Assembly: GCF_001194135.2 (NCBI RefSeq)
Contig: NC_068997.1
Location: 19,500,973-19,564,972, forward strand
From: Octopus bimaculoides
Taxonomy: Eukaryota
Reading direction: 5' to 3'
DNA length: 64,000 nt
Position numbers and translations under genes: made by a program. The notes under the pieces are model-generated. The model searched no databases, was not told where the DNA came from, and saw only the letters and a program-made list of their open reading frames with translations. Of the stretch, positions 27,201 to 45,209 are shown piece after piece; the first letter of the stretch is position 1, and every line of letters begins with the position of its first letter.

Positions 27201-30200
27201 ATTTCCTAAATGACCCTTCACACAGAAGCAATTCTCCTCCAAAACCTCTGTGTGAGTTGTGTTACTTTTTACAGTCTTTCTTTGATAAATAGATACTTGT
27301 CCATTTTAGTATGGATCTTTATTAATACTCTAATTTTTTTTGAGACACACGTATGGCTGTGTGGTTAAGAAACTTGCTTTGCAACCACATGGCTTTGGGT
27401 TCAGTCCCACTGCAGAGCACTGTGATCCAGGCCTTGTAAGTGAATTTGGTTGATGATAATTGGGAAGCCAATTGTGTGTGTTTGTGTTTATCTCCACCCC
27501 CTCCCCCCACTGCTTAACAACTGGTGTTGATTCGTTTACATCACTGTAGATTAATGGTTTGGCAAAAGGCACCAATAACATAGGTACCAGGATGAAAACC
27601 TAAGTACTAGGGTTGAGTTACTCAACTAGTCCTTCAAAGTGATTCCTCCCTGCTTTGCTGCAGTCCAATGGCTAAAAAGTAACCCTTTTACTCTTTGCTA
27701 AGTTTATAGTACACCTGAGGACTATATGCAAGAAGCTCATCATCATCATCATCATCATCAATATTATAATGCTGGTGCCACGTAAAAAGCACCTGTGCCA
27801 GTGTTATTTAAAAAGTACCAGTGCCAGTGTCGTGTATAAAGCACCCATGCTGGTGTCACATAAAAATGTACCCAGGACTCCGTAAAGTGATTGGCATCCA
27901 GCTGTAGAAACTATGCCAAAACAGATAATTGGAGCCTGGTGCAGCTCTCCAGCTGCCAGTTCGTATCAAACCATCCAACCCATGCCAGCATGGAAAAATG
28001 GATGTTAAATTATGATGATGATGATGATGATCACTTCTCTATATTTATACGTAGCCTGAAAGGATGGAGTTATACTTCTCTCTGTTCAAATCAGTTCAAC
28101 CTTTGAATTAAACTTTTCTGTTTTCCTAGTACAACCTCCTCCTCCTGGAAAGGCTCGATCCGCATCAACTCCAAATCCCAGACAAGTCACATCAACACCA
28201 CCAGGTATCGTATTTACCACTTTATCATTTATCAATTCACTATTCATACCTCTCTCTATTTTCTACCTTGTTTGTCCACAGTTCTCAGTCATTTTCTTAG
28301 AGGGTGTGCGTGTGTGTTTATCTTTGCCTTGTGAGTTACTTGGCATTTGTACACCTCTGTAAAGTGGTTGGCATTAGGAAGGGCAACCAGCCATAGAAAG
28401 CATACCAAAGCAAACTTTGGAGCATGTTGCAGATTCATAGGATCCCACCAAACCATCTGACATCCAACCCTTGCCATCATTTGACCACCAGTGTTGGTAT
28501 GTTTGCATACCTGTAACTTAGGGGTTCAGCAAAAAGGGCCTATAGAATAAGAACTGTGTTTAGAAAATAAGTACTGGGGTCGATTCATTCAACTAAAAAT
28601 TTGAGGTGGTGCCCCAGCATGGCCACAGTCTAATGACAGAAACAAATAAGAGGAAACAATAAATCTTCTGATTTATTTATTTGTTTATTTATTTATTTCT
28701 TCTCCTAGTTGTTGTGAACCCTTTAATTGCGGACAGTGGTGCCAGTTCTAACTCTGATCCATTTGGTATGGGAGACTTTAACCCTTTTTCCACCCTGAAT
28801 ACAAAATCCAACCAAGACATTGATATGGCCATCAATAATGCTGACAAAGAATTGCTTGACCTTCAGGTAAGTTTTATATATATTTCTATCTTCGAAACGT
28901 AAAGTTAGAATAGAGGCAGCTGATGAATAATTCCAAGTGGCTTTCTGTTTTCCTATGTGTTCGTTCCGTTGTCTGTAGTTCATTGTTCTAACGTCCTGTA
29001 CCCTGATATGCATCTATATACACATGTAGATGAAAGTATATACATATGTGTGTATACATGTCTATATATTTTTTGTATTATTACATCATTGAATGCACAC
29101 GTCCATTTTGCAAGTAAGACTGTACTTTATTATTCTGACGTGACTCTATCTATCTATCTATCTATTTATCTATCTGTCTTCCTCTATTTTTCTATCTATC
29201 CCTCTATCTACCTATCTATCTTTCTCCTTACCCATCTCCCCGTCTCGCTCTGCTTCTTTCTGTTATTCTAACTTCTACTTCACTGCTATACACTCCTGTT
29301 TCTCCCTCCTTGTTCCACTTCCTCCCTCCACCATCCTCTCTGCTCTCGTGTGACCTGTGGTCAACTTTCTTTTCACTCCAGCCGCTGTGAAGGCAAGACG
29401 AACTACTAGCGTTCNNNNNNNNNNNNNNNNNNNNNNNNNNNNNNNNNNNNNNNNNNNNNNNNNNNNNNNNNNNNNNNNNNNNNNNNNNNNNNNNNNNNNN
29501 NNNNNNNNNNNNNNNNNNNNNNNNNNNNNNNNNNNNNNNNNNNNNNNNNNNNNNNNNNNNNNNNNNNNNNNNNNNNNNNNNNNNNNNNNNNNNNNNNNNN
29601 NNNNNNNNNNNNNNNNNNNNNNNNNNNNNNNNNNNNNNNNNNNNNNNNNNNNNNNNNNNNNNNNNNNNNNNNNNNNNNNNNNNNNNNNNNNNNNNNNNNN
29701 NNNNNNNNNNNNNNNNNNNNNNNNNNNNNNNNNNNNNNNNNNNNNNNNNNNNNNNNNNNNNNNNNNNNNNNNNNNNNNNNNNNNNNNNNNNNNNNNNTAT
29801 GGACTTCTCTATCCATTCTGTTTTAATACCTGAGTATTTTCTCATTTCTGCTCCATTCAGCGCTTTGGGGCTTCCATTAGCTATATAATATGACACTATT
29901 GTTATAAATTACCTTGGCATTTAAGACTGAGATGTCTGGACACTTTATGTACCAATAGGTATAAAACTGTTCCTCCCCTCCTTGTTACTAGGGTCATCTT
30001 TTTCCTCCAACATCAAACAATGCAAATATATTCTTTCTTCTAGTTCACCATTCTCCCTTGGCATTTAAACCAGCCATAACCAGCCAAAATATTCTAGTTG
30101 TTTTATGCTCCAACTGATCAGATCTTGCCTCTCACACCAACCCTACAATATCCCAACCACATTGTTCTGGGTTCAGTCCCACTGCGTGGCACCTTGGGTC

Positions 30201-31100
30201 TTCCTGCTTGTGTGGCATGGTGCAGAGTCCTATTGTCACACATAGGGTGTTCCAGTAGCCACGCTCTTGACCCAAGGCAACACTACCTCCTCCAGGCACT
30301 TGATGTAGGCCTCCATGATGAGTCTGAGGCCGTGTGGGAAGATGAATGGAGGCATAACGTGGCCATCACTAGTGATCACTCCAAACACCATGATGTTGAC
30401 TGAATGTTTGATTTTTATCATTCTCTGTGCATATTTTGGGGACTCAGATTGACACCCAACACTAAAATGTTCGTATTGGAGTTTCCGGCACAAATGCCAA
30501 TCAGTACAGCGTATCATTTCCAAATTTCCGACTGAGTGAATTGTGTCATGGTACTGGTTTTCTCACAGATGGTGCTCAACTGACCCTACTATACTGTGTA
30601 GTCGACAAAATCAAAAACAATGCACATGCGCGAAATTAAAAATATACAATGGCGACAATTTACCCATCGCATCTGGTGTGTGTGTGTGTGTGTGTAGATA
30701 TATAGAGATAGAGTGAGATTCGGTTACTATTTCTAGTAAGCCGACTAACTATATAGAGATCCTCACATTGACGCTAGGATAGGCTTACCTTAAACCCCAC
30801 CAAAAGAAAAAAAAAATTTTCAGGGGAGATAACTCAGGCAACACATCGAAAAGTTTGGAATGAAAACTTACAAATCCCTTTCAAAGCTCTTCTCTCATTT
30901 AATTACAGAAATTTATTTGCTAGAAAGTTGACATTTCTAATTTAAACAAAATTATACTCTCACATATTGATCTAGTCTCTGAATTGCCTTATCCAATGTT
31001 TCCTTTTCATCTGTTTCAGACTGGATTCAGTCGAGGCTTGTGTTTTGGTGCCGAAGATTTCTCTCTTGACGATCTGGACCCTCTCAATCAAAAGTCTTAA
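2195..31100 (+). CDS. GULP1: PTB domain-containing engulfment adaptor GULP1/CED-6 (multi-exon; 5' end outside window)
   Basis: Phase-compatible GT-AG exons: 2195-2256, 12648-12719, 13258-13356, 16491-16628, 20310-20426, (25539-25766), 27158-27251, 28130-28204, 28709-28866, 31020-31100. The translation [62 protein letters not shown]...[20 protein letters not shown]...[28 protein letters not shown] matches the GULP1/CED-6 PTB domain as I recall it. The C-terminus is [21 protein letters not shown]. Confidence 0.93.
6393..6560 (-). mobile_element. Non-LTR reverse transcriptase relic (R4/Dong-like)
   Basis: [25 protein letters not shown]...KGKII resembles (F/Y)MDDLKL.AK...L.SLV.TV..FS...RGK. Confidence 0.45.
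11850..12085 (+). mobile_element. LINE 3' end (RTE-like) with C2H2-type motif and (CAT)n tail
   Basis: KRAARK...[23 protein letters not shown] resembles the CxxC...SRxGLxSHxR C-terminus of LINE ORF2; followed by a short 3'UTR and microsatellite tail. Confidence 0.65.
12648..12719 (+). CDS. GULP1: GULP1 coding exon
   Basis: ttttcag / [24 protein letters not shown] / gtaatt; 72 nt, phase 0-0. Confidence 0.95.
13258..13356 (+). CDS. GULP1: GULP1 coding exon
   Basis: tctccag / [33 protein letters not shown] / gtattt; 99 nt. Confidence 0.95.
13448..13895 (+). mobile_element. Interspersed repeat family B ((CAT)n-headed; ctggatgcccttcctaacgccaac core)
   Basis: Near-identical start to 15385-15597; other copies at about 8590, 27740(-), 34020(-), 35965, 38430, 60190, 63385 and 63720(-). 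Confidence 0.8.
14455..14674. mobile_element. piggyBac-type MITE, same family
   Basis: TTAA-CCCTTTAGC...GCTAAAGAG-TTAA. Confidence 0.7.
15385..15880 (+). mobile_element. Interspersed repeat family B copy spanning an N gap
   Basis: Very high identity to 13448-13640. Confidence 0.75.
16491..16628 (+). CDS. GULP1: GULP1 coding exon
   Basis: tttctag / [46 protein letters not shown] / gtaagt; 138 nt. Confidence 0.96.
17741..17881 (+). repeat. Diverged 72/69-bp tandem duplication inside the PLE endonuclease insertion
   Basis: [24 protein letters not shown] / [23 protein letters not shown]. Confidence 0.85.
18492..18556 (+). ncRNA. Type I hammerhead ribozyme relic (conserved G of GAAA missing)
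   Basis: ATATAGT-CTGATGA-GC.TGTCCAC..GTGGAT.GC-(G)AAA-CC-ATT-GG-TC-ACTCTAT. Stem I has 6 of 7 pairs; stems II and III and a GUC cleavage triplet are in place; it lies at the 3' end of the PLE. Confidence 0.65.
20310..20426 (+). CDS. GULP1: GULP1 coding exon (end of PTB domain)
   Basis: tcttcag / [39 protein letters not shown] / gtatgg; 117 nt. Confidence 0.95.
20819..21045. mobile_element. piggyBac-type MITE, same family
   Basis: TTAA-CCCTTTAGC...GCTAAAGGG-TTAA. Confidence 0.75.
22865..23771. other. Assembly gap (907 N); other gaps at 1215-1314, 6290-6392, 15598-15734, 21078-21220, 29415-29797, 56789-57135, 59561-59673
   Basis: Runs of n in the sequence. Confidence 1.
25539..25766 (+). CDS. 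GULP1: Probable GULP1 Ser/Pro-rich exon with 27-bp tandem repeat
   Basis: Open frame [16 protein letters not shown]...[38 protein letters not shown]; gag/gtaatt phase-0 donor matches the next exon. The acceptor is uncertain (AG at 25537-38 or 25512-13). Confidence 0.55.
25657..25737 (+). repeat. 27-bp tandem repeat x3 (coding, SPTDIFSPS)
   Basis: cctcaccaacagatatttt(t/g)tcaccat at 25657, 25684 and 25711; one substitution among the three copies. Confidence 0.95.
27158..27251 (+). CDS. GULP1: GULP1 coding exon
   Basis: Pyrimidine tract then ttag / [31 protein letters not shown] / gtgagt; phase 0-1, fits the next exon. Confidence 0.75.
28130..28204 (+). CDS. GULP1: GULP1 proline-rich exon
   Basis: ttcctag / (L)[24 protein letters not shown] / gtatcg; 75 nt, phase 1-1. 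Confidence 0.8.
28709..28866 (+). CDS. GULP1: GULP1 coding exon (DPF/NPF motifs)
   Basis: ctcctag / (V)[52 protein letters not shown] / gtaagt; phase 1-0. Confidence 0.88.
30190..30683 (-). mobile_element. Internally deleted Tc1/mariner-superfamily transposon fragment
   Basis: [47 protein letters not shown]...[17 protein letters not shown]-like DDE core segment; TIR-like end near 30655-30683; truncated by a SINE head at about 30160-30190. Confidence 0.8.
31020..31100 (+). CDS. GULP1: GULP1 terminal coding exon
   Basis: gtttcag / [29 protein letters not shown]; resembles the GULP1 C-terminus GFKMGL...CLDPL. Confidence 0.92.
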   Translation, partial: TGFSRGLCFGAEDFSLDDLDPLNQKS

Positions 31101-33549
31101 TGAAGTACTCTAAAATACATATTCAATGAAAAAAAAAAAAAAAATGACGAAATAAAAATAAAAAAAAAAACAAGAAACAAAACTAAGAAACGAAATAAAA
31201 CCACACACACAAACCCTGTAACATTTTTTTATAAAAAGAAGAAAAAAGCCATGTCTCCTTTTCCGTTTATACTTTATTTCCTCTGAACTTCTTCAATTTT
31301 CTAGACATGACAAGGTATATTTCCTCTCATGATGCATTCAACTGACGTATATATATGTATGTCTTACATGTATATTAATTATGCCACCCAGAGAAATCTG
31401 TTTAGTCTGTATTGCTTATTAATCAAAACTATATCTTGTTGTTAAGCATGTTTCATTACATGATGATAAATCTTTTTCCAAGCATAACATCTTTTAATTC
31501 TAGCTATTTTATGTTGTTAATTCAATTAAATTTAGATACTATATTTTATTGGGAAGAAAACCAAAACATTATAAATGGCCAAAATTGCACTAAAGGTTTT
31601 TACGTTCTAGTCCAAAATTCTAGCTATGATAAGGTATTTTAATCTTTAATCTGCATAACTCTTTAGGGTTTAAAGCCACCAATTGCGTGCCTTTGTTGTA
31701 AAATATATTGCTTTAACAATCACAAGTAGAAGTGAAAAACATTCCATAGATAATAGATACCTGTAAGAGGCTTAGAGCTGGTTGTCTCAACACTTGAGGC
31801 TAGCTACACATTAGAAAGGTGCCGTGTCCAATATTGGTTCTTACCACATGCTGGTGGTTGGTTTCTTAAGAGATGTTAAAGTGCTGCAGCTTTAAGATTC
31901 TTGTGCCAAAGCAAACATACTGATTCCATATACCAAAGAGAGGGTAATATACACAAATATATATAGGCATATAGATTTTGTTCTCTTTTAATCCACCATA
32001 TATTCTTGTTCAGTGGCTTGATGTAGAAATTTCCAATATTGTGATCTGTTATCTTGTGATGTATTTTTTTCTGGGAGCTATTTTTGGCGCTGGGTCTTTT
32101 TCATCAGTTTTGAAAATATTTGGGAAACAGGACATGAATGTGAGTATAAGATATAAACGGTTGGTAGTAAAGACTTCTTAAATGAAGATTTTGTCTTAGA
32201 GGTTGCCATAGAACTATTTTATTTCTAAATATATGTATCTGTCTTAAGCATTGAAGAATAAATTCTTTTGTTACCATAGTTCTGTTGAATCATATTGCCT
32301 ATGTTTCAATTAGATTTTTAAAATGAAAAATTTAGTAACGTAAATTAACATTAAATTTTAAAGGAGGGTTTTAATTTAGATCACTTTAAAACAGGGAGTT
32401 TGTATCATAGAACAGGGAGCAATTTTAAAATGGTTAGTATCGGAATGGTTAAGAGAATTAATTATGACAGTAGAACAGCATTGTTAGTGTAGTTCTGCTC
32501 TCAGACATGACTACAAAGTTGCATAGATTTCTAGAGAAAACAGTACGAAAAAAGAGTGTAGACTGGTAAGTTTGATTAGATTTGATGTCAACCACTGAGC
32601 TTACGTTATATAATAGAGGTATCAATGTTATATGACAGAGAATTTGAAAAATAATTTAGATAATTGAGAATTTGGTGTAAGATTGTTAAGAGTTCATTAA
32701 TTATTGTTATGCCTTCATTGATAAGTGTCAGACTGAGCGAGCTTTTGCCCTTTTGCTCGACGTGTGGTTTCCGTCCACGCTGAGCTACTACTGAATAATT
32801 TTGGTGAAGCTTGTAGTTACAATATAAATAGTCTGACTATGGATAAAACTATTGTGTTCAACTAATCACTTCTAATTAGGCAATTAATATTTTATTGTGA
32901 CAGATTTTGGCAAAGGCCTTGATACATTATGATTGTAGTATTAGAGAAAATTAATTAGGAAGATTATTTTAAGCAAGAAATTTAACATCAAGATATGTTA
33001 GCATGCTTTATATTGCAGACAGAGTAGGGAACAAATGTTTTAAATCACAAAACATCTCTCTTTTTTTTAACATGGAAAAGTATAATTTTTTTAGGAGATT
33101 GGCTAAAGGAGAATGTATAGTATTATAGTACGAAACAGTTAGGTTTCGTTCTATAACAATTTATCAACATTATCTGTGTAAAAATTTCAGACTCCAGTAT
33201 GAAACAATGAAAAATCTTATTTTGACTGTTCCAAAAAATTCCTCTAATATTTTGTGAATTTACCATATTCAAAAAAATAAAAATTTTCTATAAGAATTTT
33301 CATAAAGAAAATACACATAGAATCTTTCTCTCAAATCTCTGATTACATGGTGTTCTTGAGCGTCATTATCAAGTTAGGGTATCAGAATCATAACTTTTAT
33401 TAAACGTGATTAACTATTGAAAAAGTTTTGTCACAAGTTCAAGAGATTTTCAGGAAAGTCATTCAGGTGAGAACACCTATCCTAAACAGCTAAAAGTTTT
33501 TTTTTTTAATTCATATTTTTCTTTTAAATACTGTTTCTTACCCACCCTT

Positions 33550-33593
<44 letters not shown>

Positions 33594-34642
33594 TGCTCAT
33601 ACAGTTTAAATTTCTACCAAAAAATTTATTCTATCTTGAGTTTAACTTGTAATATAAGTTTGTTTTTAAAAAAAAACAAAAAAATGATAAATAAATCTTT
33701 GAAATTCATTATGTATTCAATGTCAGTCATAGTGAAAGTACTGTGATGCAGAACAAAATATAAATATGATGGAATTTTTTTTTTGTGTTTCTCAAACGAA
33801 TTATTATTATTATTATTATTATTATTATTGAAGGCAGTGAGCTGGCAGAATCATTAGCACGCCGGACAAAATGCTTAGCAGTATTTTGTCTGTCTTCACA
33901 TTTTGAGTTCAAACGCTGCAAGAGTCGACTTTTCCTTGCCTTTCATCCTTTTGGGGTTGATAAAGTAAGTATCAGTGAAACACTGGGGTTGATGTAACCA
34001 ACTAGCCCCTTCCTACAAAATTTCAGGTAGAGTGGTTGGTGTTAGGAAGAGCATCCAGCTGTAAAACCATACTCAAATAACATATTAGGTGGAAGACAGG
34101 TGAAGGTTAATGGCAGGAAGAGTATCCTTTGGCATTATGTCGTGCTTGAGAAAAAGACTGATCAAGCCAAGCAAAATCGCAGTCATGGCAGATACTGGTG
34201 TCACGCAAATGGCACATAAAAGTACCCATGATACTCTCAGAGTGGTTGGCATTAGGAAGGGCATCCAGCTGTAGAATTTAGCATCCATTATCCATACTGG
34301 CATGCTGCACCAGGATCCAGTCTGATTTGGCATAATTTTCTACGGTTGGATGCTCTTCCTACACCAAATCAGACTGGATCCTGGAACAGCCCTCCAGCAT
34401 TACAGCCCAGTCAAACCATCCAACTCATGCCAGCATGGGCAATGGATGCCAAAAGATGATGAACCCACCATAGAAACCATGCCAAAATGCAGGTCTTGTC
34501 CTGTCTAGGTTGACAGCAACTCCAAATATGCTGTGACTTGGACCAGCATGGAAGAAGAGACATAAATTCCCAATTAAGTATTCATTTTATGGCATTGATT
34601 ATCAGAATGTAATAACTGCAACTTTCAATAGAATATATATAA

Positions 34643-34648
34643 TTTATT
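34643..34648 (-). promoter_or_regulatory. Candidate AK6 polyadenylation signal AATAAA
   Basis: First AATAAA on the minus strand, about 50 nt after the AK6 stop codon. Confidence 0.4.
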
Positions 34649-34698
34649 AATACAAATCAGACAAGACTAAAACATAAATACGGAGATAAAAAAATATT

Positions 34699-41124
<6,426 letters not shown>

Positions 41125-41356
41125 CTTCTGTGTTAAACAGTAATATATTCAACGCATGAATATATCTACCACTTAACATATTCGTACTTCAACCGAACAA
41201 CATTAGTTCGCACTCTGATTCATTTACTTTACGAAATGCTGTTTATTACTTTGCTACGGCAGGACTTGACTTCAGAATATAATGGGCGTGACTGAACACC
41301 ACAAGGCATTTTGTTTTCTTTTTGGACACTGAACTCGGATCTATTTTAAAACGGGG

Positions 41357-41968
41357 GCGCCAGTATTTTCTTAACGAAACACTTTGAAACTTGGGACACT
41401 GGTAGAATGTGTCATATAAAACATCTTTTACTCTTAGTCTTCTTAACAAAAAAAAAGGAATTCGCAAGTTATTCCATGTAAAAGTTGTCGTATTTCTGTA
41501 ATTTCAACCAATCACTGACGTCTATTCAGCTGAATAGAGTTTACTGCTGGGCGGTCATAAAAATGTTATTCCCTGTGACATATTTCATCCGGTTTAATCG
41601 TAATTTATACGCATATATTGTTTATATAATAAATTACGCTGTGCGTATCTATGTGTGTAACAATTTTAGAGTTCGGATTCTCGAGTTAGGGTTAGGGTTA
41701 GGGTTAGGGTTACGGTTAACAGTCTAGTTAGGGTTAGTGTTGGGGTTAGGGGATTAATACGATATACACCGTTACAGCGCTAACTATTTTCAACTGAATA
41801 GACGTCAGTGATTAGTAGAAATTATCGAAATAAGACAATTTTTTACATGAAATAAATTCGAATACAAAAATATTTTTCTGTTCTATAACACAAAATAGAT
41901 AAGTATACGAAGTTTGAAAGTCTTTCCGTACCAAAAACACTACATAAAACATAAATGAAAACTGGCGC
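41357..41968. mobile_element. Fold-back non-autonomous DNA element with internal telomeric (TTAGGG)n tract
   Basis: Imperfect inverted arms of about 185 bp (GCGCCAGT...ACTGGCGC outer ends; 41475-41541 vs 41782-41849 inner); (TTAGGG)4 at 41686-41709 plus degenerate units to about 41753. Confidence 0.7.
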
Positions 41969-42171
41969 TGAACTCTCTTGGTTTTTTTACAATTAAATAG
42001 TTAATATTAACTAAAGAGATGCGAGTTTGGGAGTCGATAGTTCAAATACAGGCATCCTAGACTGCATCTTTCACCCAAACGGCCACTGAACTGATACACA
42101 CTCCAGCCCTTGTTTCCTCAATTTGTCACTTTTACTTTTTCAACACAACTCTCATCTCCCTGAATCTTGAC

Positions 42172-42427
42172 CAGTGGCTCTCAACTAAGGTCTTTGTGAC
42201 CCTTGGGTGTCCATATACAAATTTGTTCCTAAAATTTATGTGCAATAATTCTACAATACACAAAATATTTAAACACTTTCTTTTTGTGTACAATTCCTAA
42301 TAATATCTTATTACAAAGATATAATAGGATTTTTTTAAAGCATCGAATGGCTACGAGGGTCCACCCGAGTAAAATCGGAATCAAAGGGGTCATAGGTAAA
42401 AAAAAAAAAAAGGATTGAGAACCGCTG
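42172..42427. mobile_element. hAT-superfamily MITE (older copy)
   Basis: TIRs CAGTGGCTCTCAA...TTGAGAACCGCTG; flanks ATCTTGAC / ATCTAGGT form a degenerate 8-bp TSD. Confidence 0.7.
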
Positions 42428-42814
42428 ATCTAGGTAATATCTTGTTACCTCCACTCATACTTACCTACTTCATTCATTTCTTCTTCACACTTCAACCATG
42501 CTGCGTCCACCTTAAGACCCTGTACTAACTTTCACATTCAATCCTTTGTGACTAGTACATCAGTCCTCTGAAATTCGTTTCTCTTCACTCGTCACCCATA
42601 CTGTGACTACCTGAACAGCCAATATTAACTGCCACGACTAGTCCTTCTAGCCCTACATGTCAATCTTCTGAAATATCCACCCTGTCGGTCTTTTTTTTTT
42701 TTTTTAATCTATAGCCGTCTGTTGCAGTTATTTAAGAACATCAACCAACGGTCAATCACCTTTGAACGTAAAAGCCATTGTCACATCTTCCTCCAGAACT
42801 TGCCATTAATTAGA

Positions 42815-43225
42815 GAGTATTGTAGTTCGCTTGAATATCTATGCATGTCTGCCATCGATCAACGAGATTATTTATGCCTCGTTGATAAAAATGTAATGGC
42901 TTTGATACTAAGAAATCTTTGAAAGCTGATTCCGCCTCTGGTTTGGACCTGAAGGTTTTATCACTTAAAAATGAGTTTAAATGTTTTAAAAAATGGTAGT
43001 CAGTGGGTGAAAGATCAGGAGAATATGGAGGATGTGGTAAAGTCTTAGCGCCATTCTTGCAATATGTAGTTTTGCATTATCGTGGAGCAAAATTGGACCA
43101 CGCCGATTCATCAATGCAGGTTTCATTTTTTGCAAGTGAGCATGCATTGCAGCGATTTGATTGCAGTAAACCTCTGCTGTAATGCTCTGATTGGCTTCCA
43201 GAAAGCTGTAATGGACGACACCAAT
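42815..43225 (-). mobile_element. Mariner transposase C-terminal fragment
   Basis: Minus-strand translation gives LLHDNA...TLPHPPYSPDLSPTDYHFLKHLNSFL...FYQRGINNLVDRWQTCID, containing the mariner YSPDL motif. Confidence 0.85.
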
Positions 43226-44283
43226 ATTTTCGGAACAACCTAATAATATTTTACTGAATATAACTCTTTAAACGAATGGTTTGAATATGTAGGCTTATTT
43301 CACAGTACAACGACAGTAGGTTCATTTGACAGTAAATATGTATGTCTATTTGACAGGATGTTAATATCTCTAGAGATTATTGATTGTCTATTTTACCAAG
43401 AGTCAATAATGAAAGAGTTTCTACGTAGTCGCTTGACCTGCTAGATAAAGTTGATGGAGGGATACATTGGATAAGAGATTTGTATATACACTGCATAAAA
43501 TAAAAACGAGATGGTTATGGTTGCTATGCTATTGATCATGGATCACTCATTTAGAGCTAATATGGAGCTGAACAACAACAATATTTAATATGATGTAAGT
43601 GAAAGTAGCGCGAGAAAAACAGGGGAATTATAGTTATTCTTCTAGCAATTTAACGTATCACATTTTTTCTGTTTGAAGAAAGTGTGTGTGAATACTGAGG
43701 AGAAAGAAAAATAACTTCCTATAGACACCACAATGGATGTTTCTTTGGTTGAGAACAAATGTTATAAACGATATACCAAAGATTTACATTTCTCAACAGC
43801 TAGAGCTAAACCAGTGTTTCTCAATCCTTTTTGTCCCACGCCCATCGATCTAAAAAGGTTTAAAAAATCGTTCAGTGAAAACTTTATTGTAAATTCTATA
43901 CACGTATTGTTCTATTCTGAAGTGACTCATGGCCTGTCAAAGTAATGCTACGTCACAACCCCGACAATCGTTCATACACACAAAAACATAGCAAAATGGG
44001 GTGAGAAAGAGAAGGGCTGTCGCCTTCACCCAGGAGCAAGAGTAAAGGGGCGCAAAATTTCTTTTGGCTAAAATGCTTGTTAATTAAAGTGACATTTGTC
44101 TCCAGAAAACCCTTACTACCTTGTGTGCACTGCATGTATACACACACACGTCATATACATTTTCTCAAACACTACATCTTTATTTCTCACGGGCATGCGC
44201 GTGCACACGCACGCACATTTTTAGTTGTACGGTATGTCTGCTGATCAAAAATATGTACTCAACGCATTTGAAGGCAAAGTGTG

Positions 44284-44332
<49 letters not shown>

Positions 44333-45209
44333 ACATCATAATAAAAAAAATCATCCAATCCAATCAAGTCGGGGATTATGGTTTCACGTCAACAATAGTC
44401 AACAATACTTAGTCCTTGGAGAGTTCGTAAAATTCAGCTTACGTGAGGAGTGAAAACTTTTTACGTTTCGGATCAATTCTCTTCATCAGTGAGACTAAAG
44501 AAACTGATTGACCACTGAGCTCACCAGACTCTTCGCTTAAATCCCTTTGATCACATTTAGTAGGACAAAATCTCTGAAAGAGCATTCCGTTCCATAATTT
44601 TTTATTTTCGAAAATTTCTGCAGATTTCTAAGTTTTAAACATAGAAGATATTACAATTCTGAAAATAAAATGCAATCTTTTCTCTTTTACTTGTTTCAGT
44701 CATTAGACTGCGGCCATACTGGGGCACCACTGTGAAGAATTTTTAGTCGAATGAATCGTCCCCAAGACTTATTTTTTAAAGCCTCATACTTATTCTATCA
44801 GTCAATTTTTACCGAACCACTATGTTACGGGAACGTAAACAAACCAATACAGGATGTCAAGCAGCGGTGGGGACCAAATACAGACAAAAACTCCCCCCAC
44901 ACACACATATAGAAATAATAATAACAACAACAACAACAATAATAATAATAATTTCCTTATATGGAATTTATAAATATTTTAATGCATCGCTACGTGCGTT
45001 TCCACAAATTACTTGTCCCTTAAGATCATAGTCCGTATTCCTGGGATGATTACGGTATAGTCTGTAGTATCCTACATTATATCGGTACAGCTCGGTGCGG
45101 CCCCAAGAAACTGGTATTGTCATTTGACATTGCTGTAGCCGGCATAATAGATCGGAGCTTTTATATGCATATTCAAAACGTTTCCCGTAAACGAACTTAA
45201 AGGATATAT

